In this document: positions 48,958 to 60,774 of the stretch, piece after piece | Layout of the letters: each line of letters starts with the position of its first letter | Position numbering within the stretch: position 1 is the first letter of the stretch | Source: Eutreptiella sp. 'Long Island Sound 2002' | Taxonomy: Eukaryota; Protista; Euglenida | NCBI GenBank assembly: GCA_964036045.1 | Contig: OZ038379.1 | Location: 58,404,001-58,468,000 of the forward strand | DNA: 64,000 nucleotides | Direction: 5' to 3' | Program-made: the position numbers and the translations under genes | Notes under the pieces: generated by a model | What the model saw: the letters and a program-made list of their open reading frames with translations, nothing else | The model's database searches: none | What the model was told of the DNA's origin: nothing

Positions 48958-50319
48958 TCATTCATGATGGTCCGCAAAGCATTCAACGTGTAGATAGCAC
49001 CCACATGCTTTGCACTTGTATCGGGTGGTGCCCATCCCACAATGTACACAAAAGCCCCGCTTCCCAACCACTATTGGTACATGCTTGTCCACCACCTGAG
49101 TTTGCCTTGCCGGAAACATGTATCTCATCAACCTCCATTGCCAGTCAAACATTGTTTCACCCCCCGGACTAAGGCGCAACGCTTGGCATGACGTAAATGC
49201 ATTTGTTGCCGCTATCCTTAACACCATCCCCCCAAGTGCCTTCCACCATGATTGAAACCGGTGCTCTTCCCGGTGTTGTAAGCACATTTGGTTAAACGTA
49301 TCCACCCCCGGGGCAAACCTACGGTAGTTGGCAATTATCCCCGGTAGGTGGTATCGTCCACTTCGGTGTGGGAGCGAACCTCCGGTTAAGCAATTGGTTA
49401 GTAGTGGTACCACCTTTGCCGGCTTGCGCCCCACTTTGGGGTTTTTGTATACCGAGAGTGCATACCGATGTTCCTTGTGCACCACCGTGTTCACATCCCC
49501 CGGGTCTAATCCAACGTTCCCATCTTGCACCAAAGCACTTGTGGAAGTGAGCATCAAGAACGGACGCTCTTGTGCACTTAGCATCGCCGCCGCATCATGA
49601 GACCCAAAGAATGAATCCGCCACAAGCACCTTTCCGGGTGGAGTCACATCATTCCAAAGTTGCACAATCTCAAACGCATTGTAGTGGCCTGCAAACCGGC
49701 TCCGGGACTCTGGACCCACACGAGGGGCTGCACCACGGTACAAATACACATGCCAAATGTAATGGCTTTGTGCGTCGCACAACGCGTACAGTTTCACACC
49801 GGTGCTGTGAGGCTTGCGCGGTATGAACTGGCGGATCACGAACAACCCCTTGTGGGGGACCACGGTCTCATCCCCGCACACCATGTCACCTAGTTCCCAT
49901 CCGCCTTGCCAGTGCATCGTGCACAACTCAATCAACGCATCCGCATCCGGGTCCGCAAGTCGCTGCAGCACATAAAACTGTCGCCTGCTAGGAAACAGTT
50001 CCGCCATGTATGCATTGTAGTGCATACTCTCTTTGTCCCACACATCATCTATTCTGCGCGGCTGCAGCATGCCCAAGCCAACTCGAAAGAGCACGTACCG
50101 CGGAAGAAGGTCCACAAGGTCTAACCGGTTGGCCTCTTCCAAACACAGCGTCATGGCCTCCAAAATTGGCCGGAACATAAAGTTCCAGACGGCAACGGGG
50201 GTCTTGCCATCCTCGGTGCCCTCCAAGAGGCTGCGCCCTTTGCGGAGTTCATCTCCAAAATCCCATTGGGCCTCTAGGGGGGCCAGGGGTCTTGGTTCCC
50301 ATGGTGTAGCAGCAGGCAT
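48958..50319 (-). CDS. piggyBac-like transposase (DDE_Tnp_1_7 type), 453 aa from the first ATG
   Basis: Uninterrupted ORF with CGDETVV, IPRKPHSTGVKLYALCD, VADSFFGS, YRRFAPGVDTFNQ and a C-terminal CxxC...CxxC...H/C domain. ATG at 50319 follows TTTTTTTTCAG|GC. Confidence 0.93.
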   Translation of the reverse strand: MPAATPWEPRPLAPLEAQWDFGDELRKGRSLLEGTEDGKTPVAVWNFMFRPILEAMTLCLEEANRLDLVDLLPRYVLFRVGLGMLQPRRIDDVWDKESMHYNAYMAELFPSRRQFYVLQRLADPDADALIELCTMHWQGGWELGDMVCGDETVVPHKGLFVIRQFIPRKPHSTGVKLYALCDAQSHYIWHVYLYRGAAPRVGPESRSRFAGHYNAFEIVQLWNDVTPPGKVLVADSFFGSHDAAAMLSAQERPFLMLTSTSALVQDGNVGLDPGDVNTVVHKEHRYALSVYKNPKVGRKPAKVVPLLTNCLTGGSLPHRSGRYHLPGIIANYRRFAPGVDTFNQMCLQHREEHRFQSWWKALGGMVLRIAATNAFTSCQALRLSPGGETMFDWQWRLMRYMFPARQTQVVDKHVPIVVGKRGFCVHCGMGTTRYKCKACGCYLHVECFADHHE

Positions 50320-50371
50320 GCCTGAAAAAAAAACAGAATACAAGCTTTTGCTGACCAGTCTTGGCAAACTA

Positions 50372-50570
50372 CCCTAAACCGTTCAGACCGCTTCACTTTA
50401 GATCACTTTGTCCACAGACCGGTTGGACCGGTCTTTGCAAACTACTCTAAACCGTTCGGACCGGTCCACTTTAGCTCACTTTGTCCAGAGACCGGTCAGA
50501 CCGGTCTTTGCAAACTACTCTAAACCGTTCGGACCGCTTCACTTTAGCACACTTTAGTACACTTTAGACT
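50372..50570. repeat. 73-bp internal tandem repeat of the piggyBac element, upstream of the transposase
   Basis: TAAACCGTTC at 50375, 50448 and 50521; each unit has the core GACCGGT(N)nGACCGGTCTTTGCAAAC and ACTTTAGCAC-like motifs. Confidence 0.85.
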
Positions 50571-50755
50571 TTCTTTGCTCCCAAACCAAACACGCAGCAG
50601 AAATCATGGAATCATGCAATCCTGGAATCATGTCGCTGGTGTCCCATCAAGCACATGTCTGGCACACGTCTGGCACACCGGCCACACAGGACCGAAACAG
50701 TTCGTCGATAAAATCAAAAGGGAATAGCAAATAGCAAAAGCAAATAGAAAATGAG

Positions 50756-51403
50756 TTACTCATCCTCATTATCCTCATTATCCTTCTTCTCTTCCCCGGT
50801 CTTCTTGTTGCGGGCCTCGAGCTGCAGCGCGAGTCGCGCCTGTTGTGCGGCGAAGGCCGGGGTGATTTTCATCCCCGGAATCCCGGTAGCAGCAGCAGCG
50901 GAAGCCGCCTGCAGCTGAAGTGCCTGGGTGGAGGGCTCCTGCAGAAAAAGGAAGTAAAGTGGTTTCAACCGAACGGACCGGTACACTTCGTGACACTTCG
51001 TTCAAGGACCGGTCGGACCGGTCTTTGCAAACTGTCGTAAACCGTTCGGACCGGTACACTTTAGCACACTTCACACGAAGACCGGTCGGACCGGTCGTTG
51101 CAAACTGTCGTAAACCGTTCGGACCGGTCCACTTTAGCACACGGTGACGAAGTCAAGCTCGCCCTTGCTGATGCTGCGCTTCAAGCCCCCGGTCTTCTGG
51201 TCCTCCGTGAAGTAGATTGTCCCGGATAGGGACATTTTACCGGACGCCTGCGACTCGCACGTGCCGGTGTAGCGGCCGCCGTGCGAGCCCTTCAGCAGCA
51301 GCACCACCCGGTCTCCGGCCCGGACCTTCTTGAAGGCCGTGGGCACGGGCGTCTCGGCGTCCTTCACGCCGGGGATCTTCGTGCCGGGGCCTGAAATCGG
51401 CAT
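50756..51403 (-). CDS. Two-exon passenger gene inside the piggyBac element; 147-aa protein with a predicted SH3/KOW-like beta-barrel and an Ala-rich, charged tail
   Basis: Exons 51143-51403 and 50756-50938 splice in phase 0 (ACC|gtgtgc...ttctgcag|GAG): ...KKVRAGDRVVLLLKGSHGGRYTGTC...KGELDFVT|EPSTQ...EDNEDE*. Strong G/C third positions. The start is uncertain because an AG acceptor also exists at 51391-51392. Confidence 0.75.
50939..51142. repeat. Intron of the passenger gene composed of the same 73-bp repeat
   Basis: TAAACCGTTC at 51038 and 51111; the GT donor lies inside the GTGTGCTAAAGT repeat motif. Confidence 0.85.
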
Positions 51404-52069
51404 TAAAGAAGACTAAGCAACAAAGCAGGGAAGAGCCGTCTGACCGGTCCTGTGAAAAGGCAGCAGGAAGTAGGGGACCAGGAGCGAGGTTCGGAAGACC
51501 GGTCTGACCGGTCTGCGTGAAACTGTTTGAACCGATCTATTTTCATGCTAATGGTGCATCCCACCCATCATGCATCGTTGAAACACCCAAGAGGACATGG
51601 GAAGCAAAGTCTGTGTATGTGTGTGTGGTTTGTGCATGGTGTGTGGTGGCGTGCATGCTGCAACGAGCGCGCAAAGGTAGGTTTGGGAGGCAAGTGTAAC
51701 AAAGTGCTCCAAAGTGTACCGAAGTGGTCCGGTCCGTTCGGTTTGCAAAGACCGGTCCCACCGGTCTCTGAAACTGGTCTTACTGTTTTTCTCTAAAATA
51801 CTATTGAGTCTAAGAAAACCACCAAAACCATCATTTCCTCCACGTTCAAAAACCCTTGACCCAATCCTTTGCCAGAAAGTGATAATTTTCCCCACAAGAC
51901 CAGACCGGTCCTCCGTCCGGTCTGGTAGCCAAAGGAATATATACTAAGTATATCTGTATGGGCATGTCGTGTGCACCTTTCGGGCAACCGTTAGGGTTGT
52001 GCACCTTGATGCGCAAGACCCACATAACAAGCAAAAGGTGTCTCGCTCTGCTATTTGATGGTTAGGCTA

Positions 52070-54060
52070 CTTGTGGCCCAAGAAAAGATGCCGAGTCACA
52101 CGCCCCCAGGGTGCACAACTGCCAACGCGTTGATTACAACCCTCAAAAAGCACGACAGTGTGCTTTGCCTCGGGTTCACTTCCAGTGGCGGGCGGCTGGG
52201 ATGACAATAAGGGGCCTAATATGGAATGCTCGGAACTCTTTTTGACAAGCCCATGCCCAAAAACCATTGTGGTAGAGCCTCAACTTGTTGTGTGTCAGTT
52301 CCCAAAGGTTGTACACTGTAGCCTTTGGCTTGACCATGTGGGTATGGGTGGCTAGGATATTGTACTTAGTCATCAACATCCTTCCCGTCCAATGCAAAAC
52401 TTGTGCCGCCTCTAGTGATTGAAAGGGCATGAATTTTGCACGGACCATTGCAGCACTGCCTTGCGTCACACTCACTGTTAGGTTAACAAGCCGGCTGTAT
52501 GTGCAAAATCAAGGACGTTAAAGAACCATGTGTGGTGGCGTATGTGGCTTATCACAATTACGTGTAATTTACCATAAGTGAATGTAATTTTGCGACCAAT
52601 TTCACGAGCACTGCACCTCATATCTGCCATGCATAGCACCAAAGTTGTGGACCGTGGATCATTGTGCCCTATAGGGCCCTCCTAGTGGCAGCGTTGTGTG
52701 GTGTTTTCTTTTTTAATTCCACCTACGCCTAGTAAACCTAACATATCGTTGCCGCAGACAACCGGTACCAAAGAGAAACACGGCTCCACTTCTAGGCCGT
52801 CGAACGCAAATTATTGTATATTGATCACGGCTGCAGCATGGGCAGCGCAATTCCTTGACGGGACGTATGAGCCACGAGCCGACGGGTTTAGGTGGTGTGC
52901 GGTGTGTGATGTGGTCGTCGGTTTATAAGTCTTGAGGTGTTGAACCCTCCATGGCAAGGTGGAGTTCTCGATGGGAAGCGTTGTACCTCCACTAGGCCTG
53001 AATTGTGCCGTTGCCAAATGGCATTGTACTGCAACTGTGATGTGGAGGGACGCTTCTATGTGTATCTATATTTTTTGGTACAGCGCCTTTGTAACCCTAT
53101 TGTGAAACGCAATATTGTTGACAGTTGGTGTGTATTGCAGTCTTCTTGGGGGCTGCGGGAATCATTGGGCTAAAAATTCAAAATTCATGGTATGGGACTT
53201 TGGGACCTATGGTAGTCATCTCACGAAAAATTAAAAATTCTTGGCATGCTAGCCAACACGCAACTAAAAGGCACCACGCTTGCATAGCATGGATGCAAAC
53301 ACCACGGGGAACAAGTGGCACATGTTAAGAATGCAATAAGAATGAAAAACAAACATCTGGAGCTCACTAATGTCCATCCACAAACATCAAGGAACAAAGA
53401 AATGGGCACCGGAATTGGCGTAAATATCGCAAATACAATCATAATAAGTAATCAAACGTCGTAATTCTCGTACTTACGACAATCATAATGTCATCCTGCC
53501 GCTACGGTAACTTGAAAGCATACACTTCCAACACAGCTGGCACGGTTTGTTCGTCATTCAAAGTGAAAAGACGCTTGGAAATTATGACATTGGCGAGCCG
53601 TTGCAAGCTATGGTCTGAGATTAGACTATCTCGGAACCATCAACCCCATTTCCCCCTGTAGTTCCGTGTCCGCTTATCAATGTGCCTATGGTCACGAGTG
53701 CGAGTACACCACCATACCCGTGCCGGGACATGGTCCTGTAAATGTAACAATAGACCATCGGTACGGTTCTCAGAGAGCAAATCAAAAGCGCGGGACTGCT
53801 TGAGATTCACGTCGCTATGCATGGCCCTAATGGACCCATACAAGGGGTCAAAATGCCTTGTCCATAAATCGAGCACACCATTGATCTTCTTGGACTCACC
53901 TTTTGCTAAGGACTTGTTGCAAGTGGCTTCAAAACTCAAAGCAACGAGGTGATAATCCGTGCGGTCCTGCCTCACAACACCAACAATCTTGCACCGTTTG
54001 GCAAGAAGCCACTAACCCTTGGCCAACTGCCGCAACACATGAATAAGAGACGGTAGCCCG
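52070..54060 (-). mobile_element. Heavily decayed, 5'-truncated non-LTR retrotransposon RT region
   Basis: NLRP(fs)SLQRLANVIISKRL near 53570-53620; IGHNDPRSTTLVLCM (decayed QGDPxS) near 52620-52675; TYGKLHVIV near 52560-52590. 54735-54960 is a partial related copy of 53820-54060. Confidence 0.45.
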
Positions 54061-54066
54061 TCATAC

Positions 54067-57000
54067 TCAACAAGAGGGGGGGGGGGGTGCATGCTCACGG
54101 AGTCCAACAAAGTGAGGTGTCTCCCCTTTCTTACCACACATGAGACACAACCATGGAAGCATGGCGGCTTCATCAATCAAAAGGTACATGGGCATCTGTG
54201 TAGGTGTGAGCATTGAGGCAAGGTACGGTGCTAGGACAAAACTATGCACCGTTCCGTACAAATTGAATGGCATGGGTGTGTGCTGTTGATTTTTCAGAAA
54301 CGGGGCATGCGGTAAGAGCCTTGCATGAGCGAATGCATATAGCAGAGGCCACCCACCTTGCACATACAACAAAGTGGCTACATCGGTGTCACGCCAGTCG
54401 TATTGCAAATTCAACTGCGGTAACACGGATGACTCCAACAATGACACACAATCCTTCAACAAATGGCCACGGCCCAACTCATGGTCCAGGAGGTGTCCCA
54501 CCCGAAAATATTTCTATATCCGGATAAAAAAGTGATCAGCTTCTCCCCGGTGGTAACATAAGTCTGTAGGGATTCCACGTGACGCCTAAGGTTCAAGATG
54601 TCCAATCGTTGTGTATCCCTCTCTTTTCAGTATGCATGCAACATGTCGGATATAGTGGCAATACCATACTGCAAATAGGTATGGTGGGTTTTCGGGTTCA
54701 TGGCACGTTGCATAATATCATTCTAGTGCTTGTTGTGAATGGGCCCATACAAGGGGTCAAAATGCTCCGTTGATCTTCTTGGACTCACCTCCGGCTGTGA
54801 ACTTGTTGCAACTAGCTTCAAAACTCAAAGGAATGAAGCGATAACCAGTGCGGTCCTGCCTCACAACACCAAAAAACTTACACTGTGTGGCAAGATGCCA
54901 CTGGCCCTTGGCCAAGTGCAACAACATGTGAATAAGAGATGGCGACCCGTCGTACTCGACACGGAGGAGGAGGAGGAGGAGCAGGAGGACTGGTGTACGG
55001 TAATTGGCCGTCCACTACGCCGAAGGCTGGTCACGTGACGGACCTCCGACTCACCCTCTGCGCTCCACCTCACGCATACTCTGTAGCCACATGCGTGTAC
55101 GACACATTACCCGGGAGACCTTCCGGTATACAGTGCCCCATGCGATTGTCCCCCAGGCGCCCCGGTTGAGAGCCTAGTGGAGTACCGTAGGGTGTCCTTT
55201 CACACACATGTGTCCATACTACGTCTCTAGTGATTCCCCTGGTATCTCAACCAGATTAAGCGGTCCCCCTGGGTTGAAGTCCTTGCACTGCGTGCATTGC
55301 GGTTTTGCTTTCTGCCTGGGACATAGCAAGACGGGCACTGATCAAACTCCTGCAAACCAATTCAATTGCCAAGTGGATGTTGTTTGTGGTTGCATCTCAA
55401 TACGATAATCTTGATATTCTTGGGCCACTGGTATGGCCAATGAGGCAAAGACTGCTTTGAAGACGTGTTGCATGACCGCTGCCTATGATATGAACGTTGT
55501 GTGTTGTTCCTGGTTAATACATGTCAAATACCTGCAGTGCTCTGGGTATCCATACTTCACAGACCAATATATGATACCCGTGATACACCCTTGCTGTCGG
55601 ATTGGTTTTGGGGTAGCCACAAAAGCTACCGAAGGTACACCTACCAGGATGTTTAGCCACTGGCCCGTAAACTTTGTTACATACCAGTATAGAACTCACG
55701 AAGGTCTGGAGAAGGCAAAAACATATGTGGCAACTTTGCATTCAACGACTTTTGATGAGCTACTTGATACAAAAGCGGCGGAGATGGTCCCAAAGCCGTG
55801 TCCCCCGTCCATGGCGTCCATTTACCTTGTAAGCACGCCGACAAAACCTACCAAATGCTTGTGAAGGTTAAAAGTGGCCGAGCATTTGCTATTGGTCCAT
55901 GGGGTATTTTGTGAGGCAGAGCATGAAAATCCCCTTGGAAAACTTTGTGGAGGTACTCTCCATTATACCACCGGTTATAGATCTCTGACAAACGTTCCAA
56001 TGGTTTGTCTGACGGGAAGTGCACGAATTTATATTCAAAAAGGTCTTGATAGGGGGTGGTGAGATGCATTGGACAGTGTGGGTTTGATCATCTGAGCTGT
56101 GAATCTGATGTCTGGTATTGTAAGTGGAGACCATTGCATATAATATTGTATGTGTTCCGCTTCCATGCGGAGAGGGGGAGCCAAGTGTTTGTGTCGAAAC
56201 TGGTCCATGCCAATCAGACCGTGCAGTTCTGTGGGAGCGGGGATGCCTGATACAAACATGGGTTCCACCCTGGTCTGTACCCCAGTGCGGAAAATTCTCC
56301 GATACAGGGGTTTTCTCGGGGCATTTGCTTCATTAGCTGTATGGACATTGATAATTGAATTCTGCAAATTGCGCTCCAACTGTACCAACTCCCATGCTTC
56401 CGTGATGTGTGCTCTCTTGTTTTGATATGTGAGTATGTGTGTGGTATCTTTCCACCAGTGTGGATATTGTGTAACAAACTGTTCCATGTCAGCTTGTGCT
56501 CGTTGTACCATTGTTGGTACAGCTGCAAGATTCGTGGGTGGTCCAAAAATTTTCTTGGCAGCTTGCAGTACTGCTGTTGAAAAACTTTGACATTCATCTT
56601 CCTATGTATCCGCTGTAGTGGGCAAAAATTCATCCAATGCTGTCTGATATCGCATCTTCATAGCAGGTGATAGCACCTTTGGACTGAGTATGTGGCCAGT
56701 GTGTTGCAGTGTTGATGGGGGGGTGACAGATGTGAGATTCGGTACACAAAGAAGTATTGGGGTATGATTTGACGGGAATGAGGATGTTGATTGTACACGT
56801 ACTGTAGCATTGTAATTGGAAGGTTCAGGTATCAAAAAATGATCCAGTGCTCCATAGAAACCCTGAGGTGCGACCCATGTGGGCATATCTTGTTCTCTGG
56901 GTACCACCTGTATGGAGGTGTCAGTAAAGGTATCCAAAATGGCTGTGCTGATCGCTGTGGATGCCAAAGGGCAGGACATGTCCCAACCTGGGTTTGCTTG

Positions 57001-60000
57001 AAAATCACCACCATATATAGTGAAAAAATCTGTATCCAAGAGAAAGGGTATAGTCCAATCTGATGTGACACGGAGTTCACGTGGCTCACCACCTCATTTC
57101 AAGTAAACATTGATCAGTTGCATCTTTTTTGATGATATGGTTGCACATACCATGTGCTCGGTAGTTTGGTTCCAAATGGACCTCCAAAACCACAATTTGT
57201 TGTGTCCTTCGCACCAAAATACAAGCACCTGCTGAGTTTCTGTTCGGTGACTTATAAAAATTGGCATATAGTGGATGAAAAATGAAGTCCTCTGGCATCT
57301 TGCCAATTTCTTGTAACATGAGAGCGGCCGGGTATCCGGTTTGCTTAATAACAACATGCAGAGCACGGATTTTTGATTGCACAGAGACTTGGGTATTCAA
57401 ATAGAGTACCTGTAAGGCTGACGTTGGTGAAGTTGCTCGTTCACTCATAGTCTTAGTAGGGAGGGGTACATGTGCTGGAAATCTGTGCAATGCATTAGGA
57501 ATGCGTGTGGGTATCTGTATTATCCTTCCCAGGAATTTTTTCATTGTTTTCATCTTGAAATTTGCATACAGCAGAGTTTGACTCTCCTCGGATGTTGGAC
57601 GTATGTGTACTGTGTGATGTGCAAAGAATGCATTATGTAACAAGATGGAATGTTTTTCAGGGAGCATGACTGGACCATATCGCATGCGTTTGGGAATGGC
57701 CATGGTTGTGGCATGGCCCTTGACTTGGCAGACAAAGATCTGCTCTGCCCATTGACTGAGAAGAGGAGAAAAGACTGTATCTATAGTGATGTACTGGACA
57801 TGCATCATCGAGGGTAGCACATTTGTGAGTGTCGGAAGTTCCAAGGGGGGTTCTGTATGCCTGGTGCATTCTATTCCTTCAAAACATAAACCCCATTGCT
57901 CACCTTGTTTCAGTTGAGCTCACAGATATCTTCGTATCATGTCTACTAGAATCGCGGGTGGGAAGGGACTCGGATCCATGTTTTTAGACAGGGGTCACCA
58001 GTTCCATTCACAGTCCCCTCCCCATCCTTGCCGATCCGGACCATTCTGCCAGGTCTATGCAAGTCTCGGGGTTTGATATATTTGTGTAGGATTGGGGGGT
58101 TGGGATTGAGATCCTGGAGTGTATTGGGTCGGGGGTGCTGAGTGTGTGTGTTGCGGGGTCACATCCGGCCTTTCTTTGCTTGTCTTGCGCTTTCTTCTTG
58201 ATCGTGATCTGGATCGTAACTGTGATCTTTTGTGTCTTCTTTGCTCCCGTCTTTCTCGTGACCCCTTGCGTTTGTCCCTGTCTGCAGAGCTGTCACTGCT
58301 TGCTGAGGAGGTACTTCTTGATCTTGACCGTTTGTGATGCTTGTGCTTCCTTCCTATGCTCTCTTTCTGTGTTTCCTTAGCCGGAGTTCGGGTTTTTTCT
58401 GTGATACCAGGTACCTAGAGGGTCCATGGTTGTCGCTTCGCTTTTTCCGGTTTACCCGCCATCCGGACGGATTGATTGCACCGGGAAACTCAGCCAATTT
58501 TTTTCCTTCTTCTGCAACACCAAGAAAAGTGAATGATTTTGGTGTCTTAACACGTCATCTCGGATGGAACACACGTGGTTCCTAAAAATGGGACGCAATG
58601 TTGTGCCTAGAATGCGTGCTGTGATAGGGGTTTGTGGTGGATCATCATATGCTGACCATCCAACCAAAATACTGATGGGGTATTTCGCCGGATCTGTGGA
58701 TGCAGGACTCGGTGCAGTGTGTGATGAAGTTGAAGATGTGGTGGGATCCCTGACTTCTGTCTTAATTGAGTCCCGTTTTGGGGTCGGAGGGTTTCCAGAA
58801 ACCAATGAATGACTTTTTTTATGGAATCTGTCAATTCCATGGACTCGAACTGACTCCATTGAGCATGAAGATCTGAATGAGGAAATACTGATATATGTAT
58901 ACTATGGGTATACAAGTGCATGTGAACACTTCTTGCTTGCTGAACACTGCGTTCACTGGACTAATTGTTTATCCAAATAAGAAAGCGTTGCATTACATCC
59001 GAAGACGTGACCCGGTCTGTCCTGCTTGTTACAGAGGGGTTAGCTCCTGATGCGGTGTCTCGATCTGATCGTCTTTCCTTTTACCTGTGTATAAGTTTTT
59101 GGTGGGGATTCTGGCAAAAAATTCAAAAGATTTCCACTGGTATCCATTCTTCGTTCCTACATGTTGAGTGTTGTCAACAATGGTTGTAAATCTTTCACTC
59201 TACCATTGACTGCCAAAAAGGTTGCAAAAATAGGTAACATGCTTAAGTAATGCTTGTGCATGGGGGGAGCTTGGGTTACATGAGGTGGTAGGTAAGGATC
59301 AATGTATTGAGGCACCGCATCTGGAGGAGGACCTTTCCATTCATGCCACTTCTGAACAAGTGAAATCAAATGGGGCATGGTAGAAGCGAGATTAGTGATG
59401 GCGTGATAATCTTTGGTCGCGGACAAAAGCAGAGCCTTGTTTCTCCATTTTTGAACTTCCTGTGAGACAATTTCCATTTGCTGTCGATGTGCTTGTGCCT
59501 GCTTGCGATTCTTGCGATTCTCGTTTTGCACCCGTTCCAATTCTGCTCGAGAAACCGAATCGATAGCAGCAAACAAGCTCATCGCTGAATGTGACCTCAA
59601 GGCTGGCATTGATTCATCATCCACCGGTATGATAAGAGATAGATTTGCTGACGGCTGAGAGAGCAAGTTGATGTGATCCGATGACATTGGGTGTGCATTG
59701 TCTGGAACCATGAGTGCATATGTTGGAGCTATGATCCATGAGATTGCTCCCGCTCCGTGGATCCGGTCGGGGTCAATGGCTGTGTTCACAAAGACAATGG
59801 AGTGCATGAGCTGTTCCTTGGCATTATCTATCGAGATGGATTGTATCTTTCCTTTCAATTTGTGGAGAGTCCTGAGATGCGGCAGAGCTATGTGGTCAGC
59901 AAGCCATGACAAAATATGCAAACTCAGCTGATGGTGATCCTTTGCGGTCATATTCGATGTGGTCTTCGCCGGAAGCAAATTTGGTAGAGCAAGGATGTGT

Positions 60001-60233
60001 TCAAGAATCTGCTTGTGACCATGCTTTTGCCACTTTGTCCATATCTTCCGCTCATATTGCGGGAGATAGTCTCTCATCGGGTCATACGTTTGTTATTTCA
60101 TCACTGTTGCTGAAACCTTATTCATGTCCGCATCCGGCGGTTTCAGGTGCTTCTGCAAGAAAGTTTTGATGTCCTTGTTCGCAATTGCACGATATGTGGG
60201 ATCCCACTGATGAACAAGTGGTTGTATTTCCAT
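54067..60233 (-). mobile_element. Decayed APE-type (L1/Tx1-like) non-LTR retrotransposon with ORF1 and ORF2
   Basis: ORF1 from ~60233 includes the 306-aa ORF at 59157-60077 and an RS/K-rich stretch at 58170-58380. ORF2 starts at ~57448 with YLNTQ, LQEIG, INVY, GGDFQA, PTW...LDHFL, SNHTPI. RT remnants at 55260-56070 include GLQPGGPL. The C-terminal part (54067-54730) has YLQYGIATISD and CLMCGKKGETPHF. Many stops and frameshifts. Confidence 0.78.
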
Positions 60234-60559
60234 TGGCTGCTGATCTATTTATCTTTGGCAGCTGCCCAGATGCACGGCAAGACATCTCTATGTTTGGCAG
60301 TGGCCCAGCTCTCCGATTACTAGCCTTCTCTTTGCTCGCGCCATCCACTCTGCTTGACAACGTGGAGGGCAACCTACAGTGAACGAAGGCCATGCCAAGA
60401 AACAAGGGTGTTCACGTGCAAATCGTTCTATTTTCTCCATGTTAGCATTTGCTTACAATGCGCGGGCACATACCGGATGAACCAACGCCTTCCTAGCAAG
60501 TATTACAAGTTTGGCAACGTTTTCGAGGGATATCCCGATGATTAGCGCTTGCCGTCTTC

Positions 60560-60774
60560 TTGGGTCCCCATATGCGTTCGACCAACCTTCCCATCATTGC
60601 TACCAATGCGCCGTTTATTAAGGCAGAAATCAACGACGTCTCGACGAGTACATAGGTCACCAGATTCCACAAGTGCAAGCCAAAGGTGTTGCGAGGACAC
60701 AACGAAAGTGTTGAGACCAAGCTTGGCATTAAGCTTGACAATAACCGACATAATAATAACAGGCTAGTAACCAT
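60560..60774 (-). pseudogene. Exon resembling TMEM115 / DUF1751 rhomboid-like membrane proteins
   Basis: LSLCPRNTFGLHLWNLVTYVLVETSLISALINGALVAMMGRLVERIWGPK fits the W.L.T...E........G..E..WG pattern; no other exon found. Confidence 0.5.

Larger units (their letters stand above)
48592..51936 (-). mobile_element. piggyBac-superfamily DNA transposon, 3345 bp, with ATAT flanks and two genes
   Basis: Perfect 14-bp TIR TCCTTTGGCTACCA (48592-48605) / TGGTAGCCAAAGGA (51923-51936), with ATAT on both sides (48588-48591, 51937-51940). Internal inverted repeat of ~65-75 bp at 48750-48823 / 51702-51766. Confidence 0.88.

Noticed and set aside
50319-51403. In-frame fusion of passenger exon 1 to the transposase
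   Set aside because: The donor at 51142 is phase 0 while the acceptor at 50322 needs phase 1; the splice gives an early stop.
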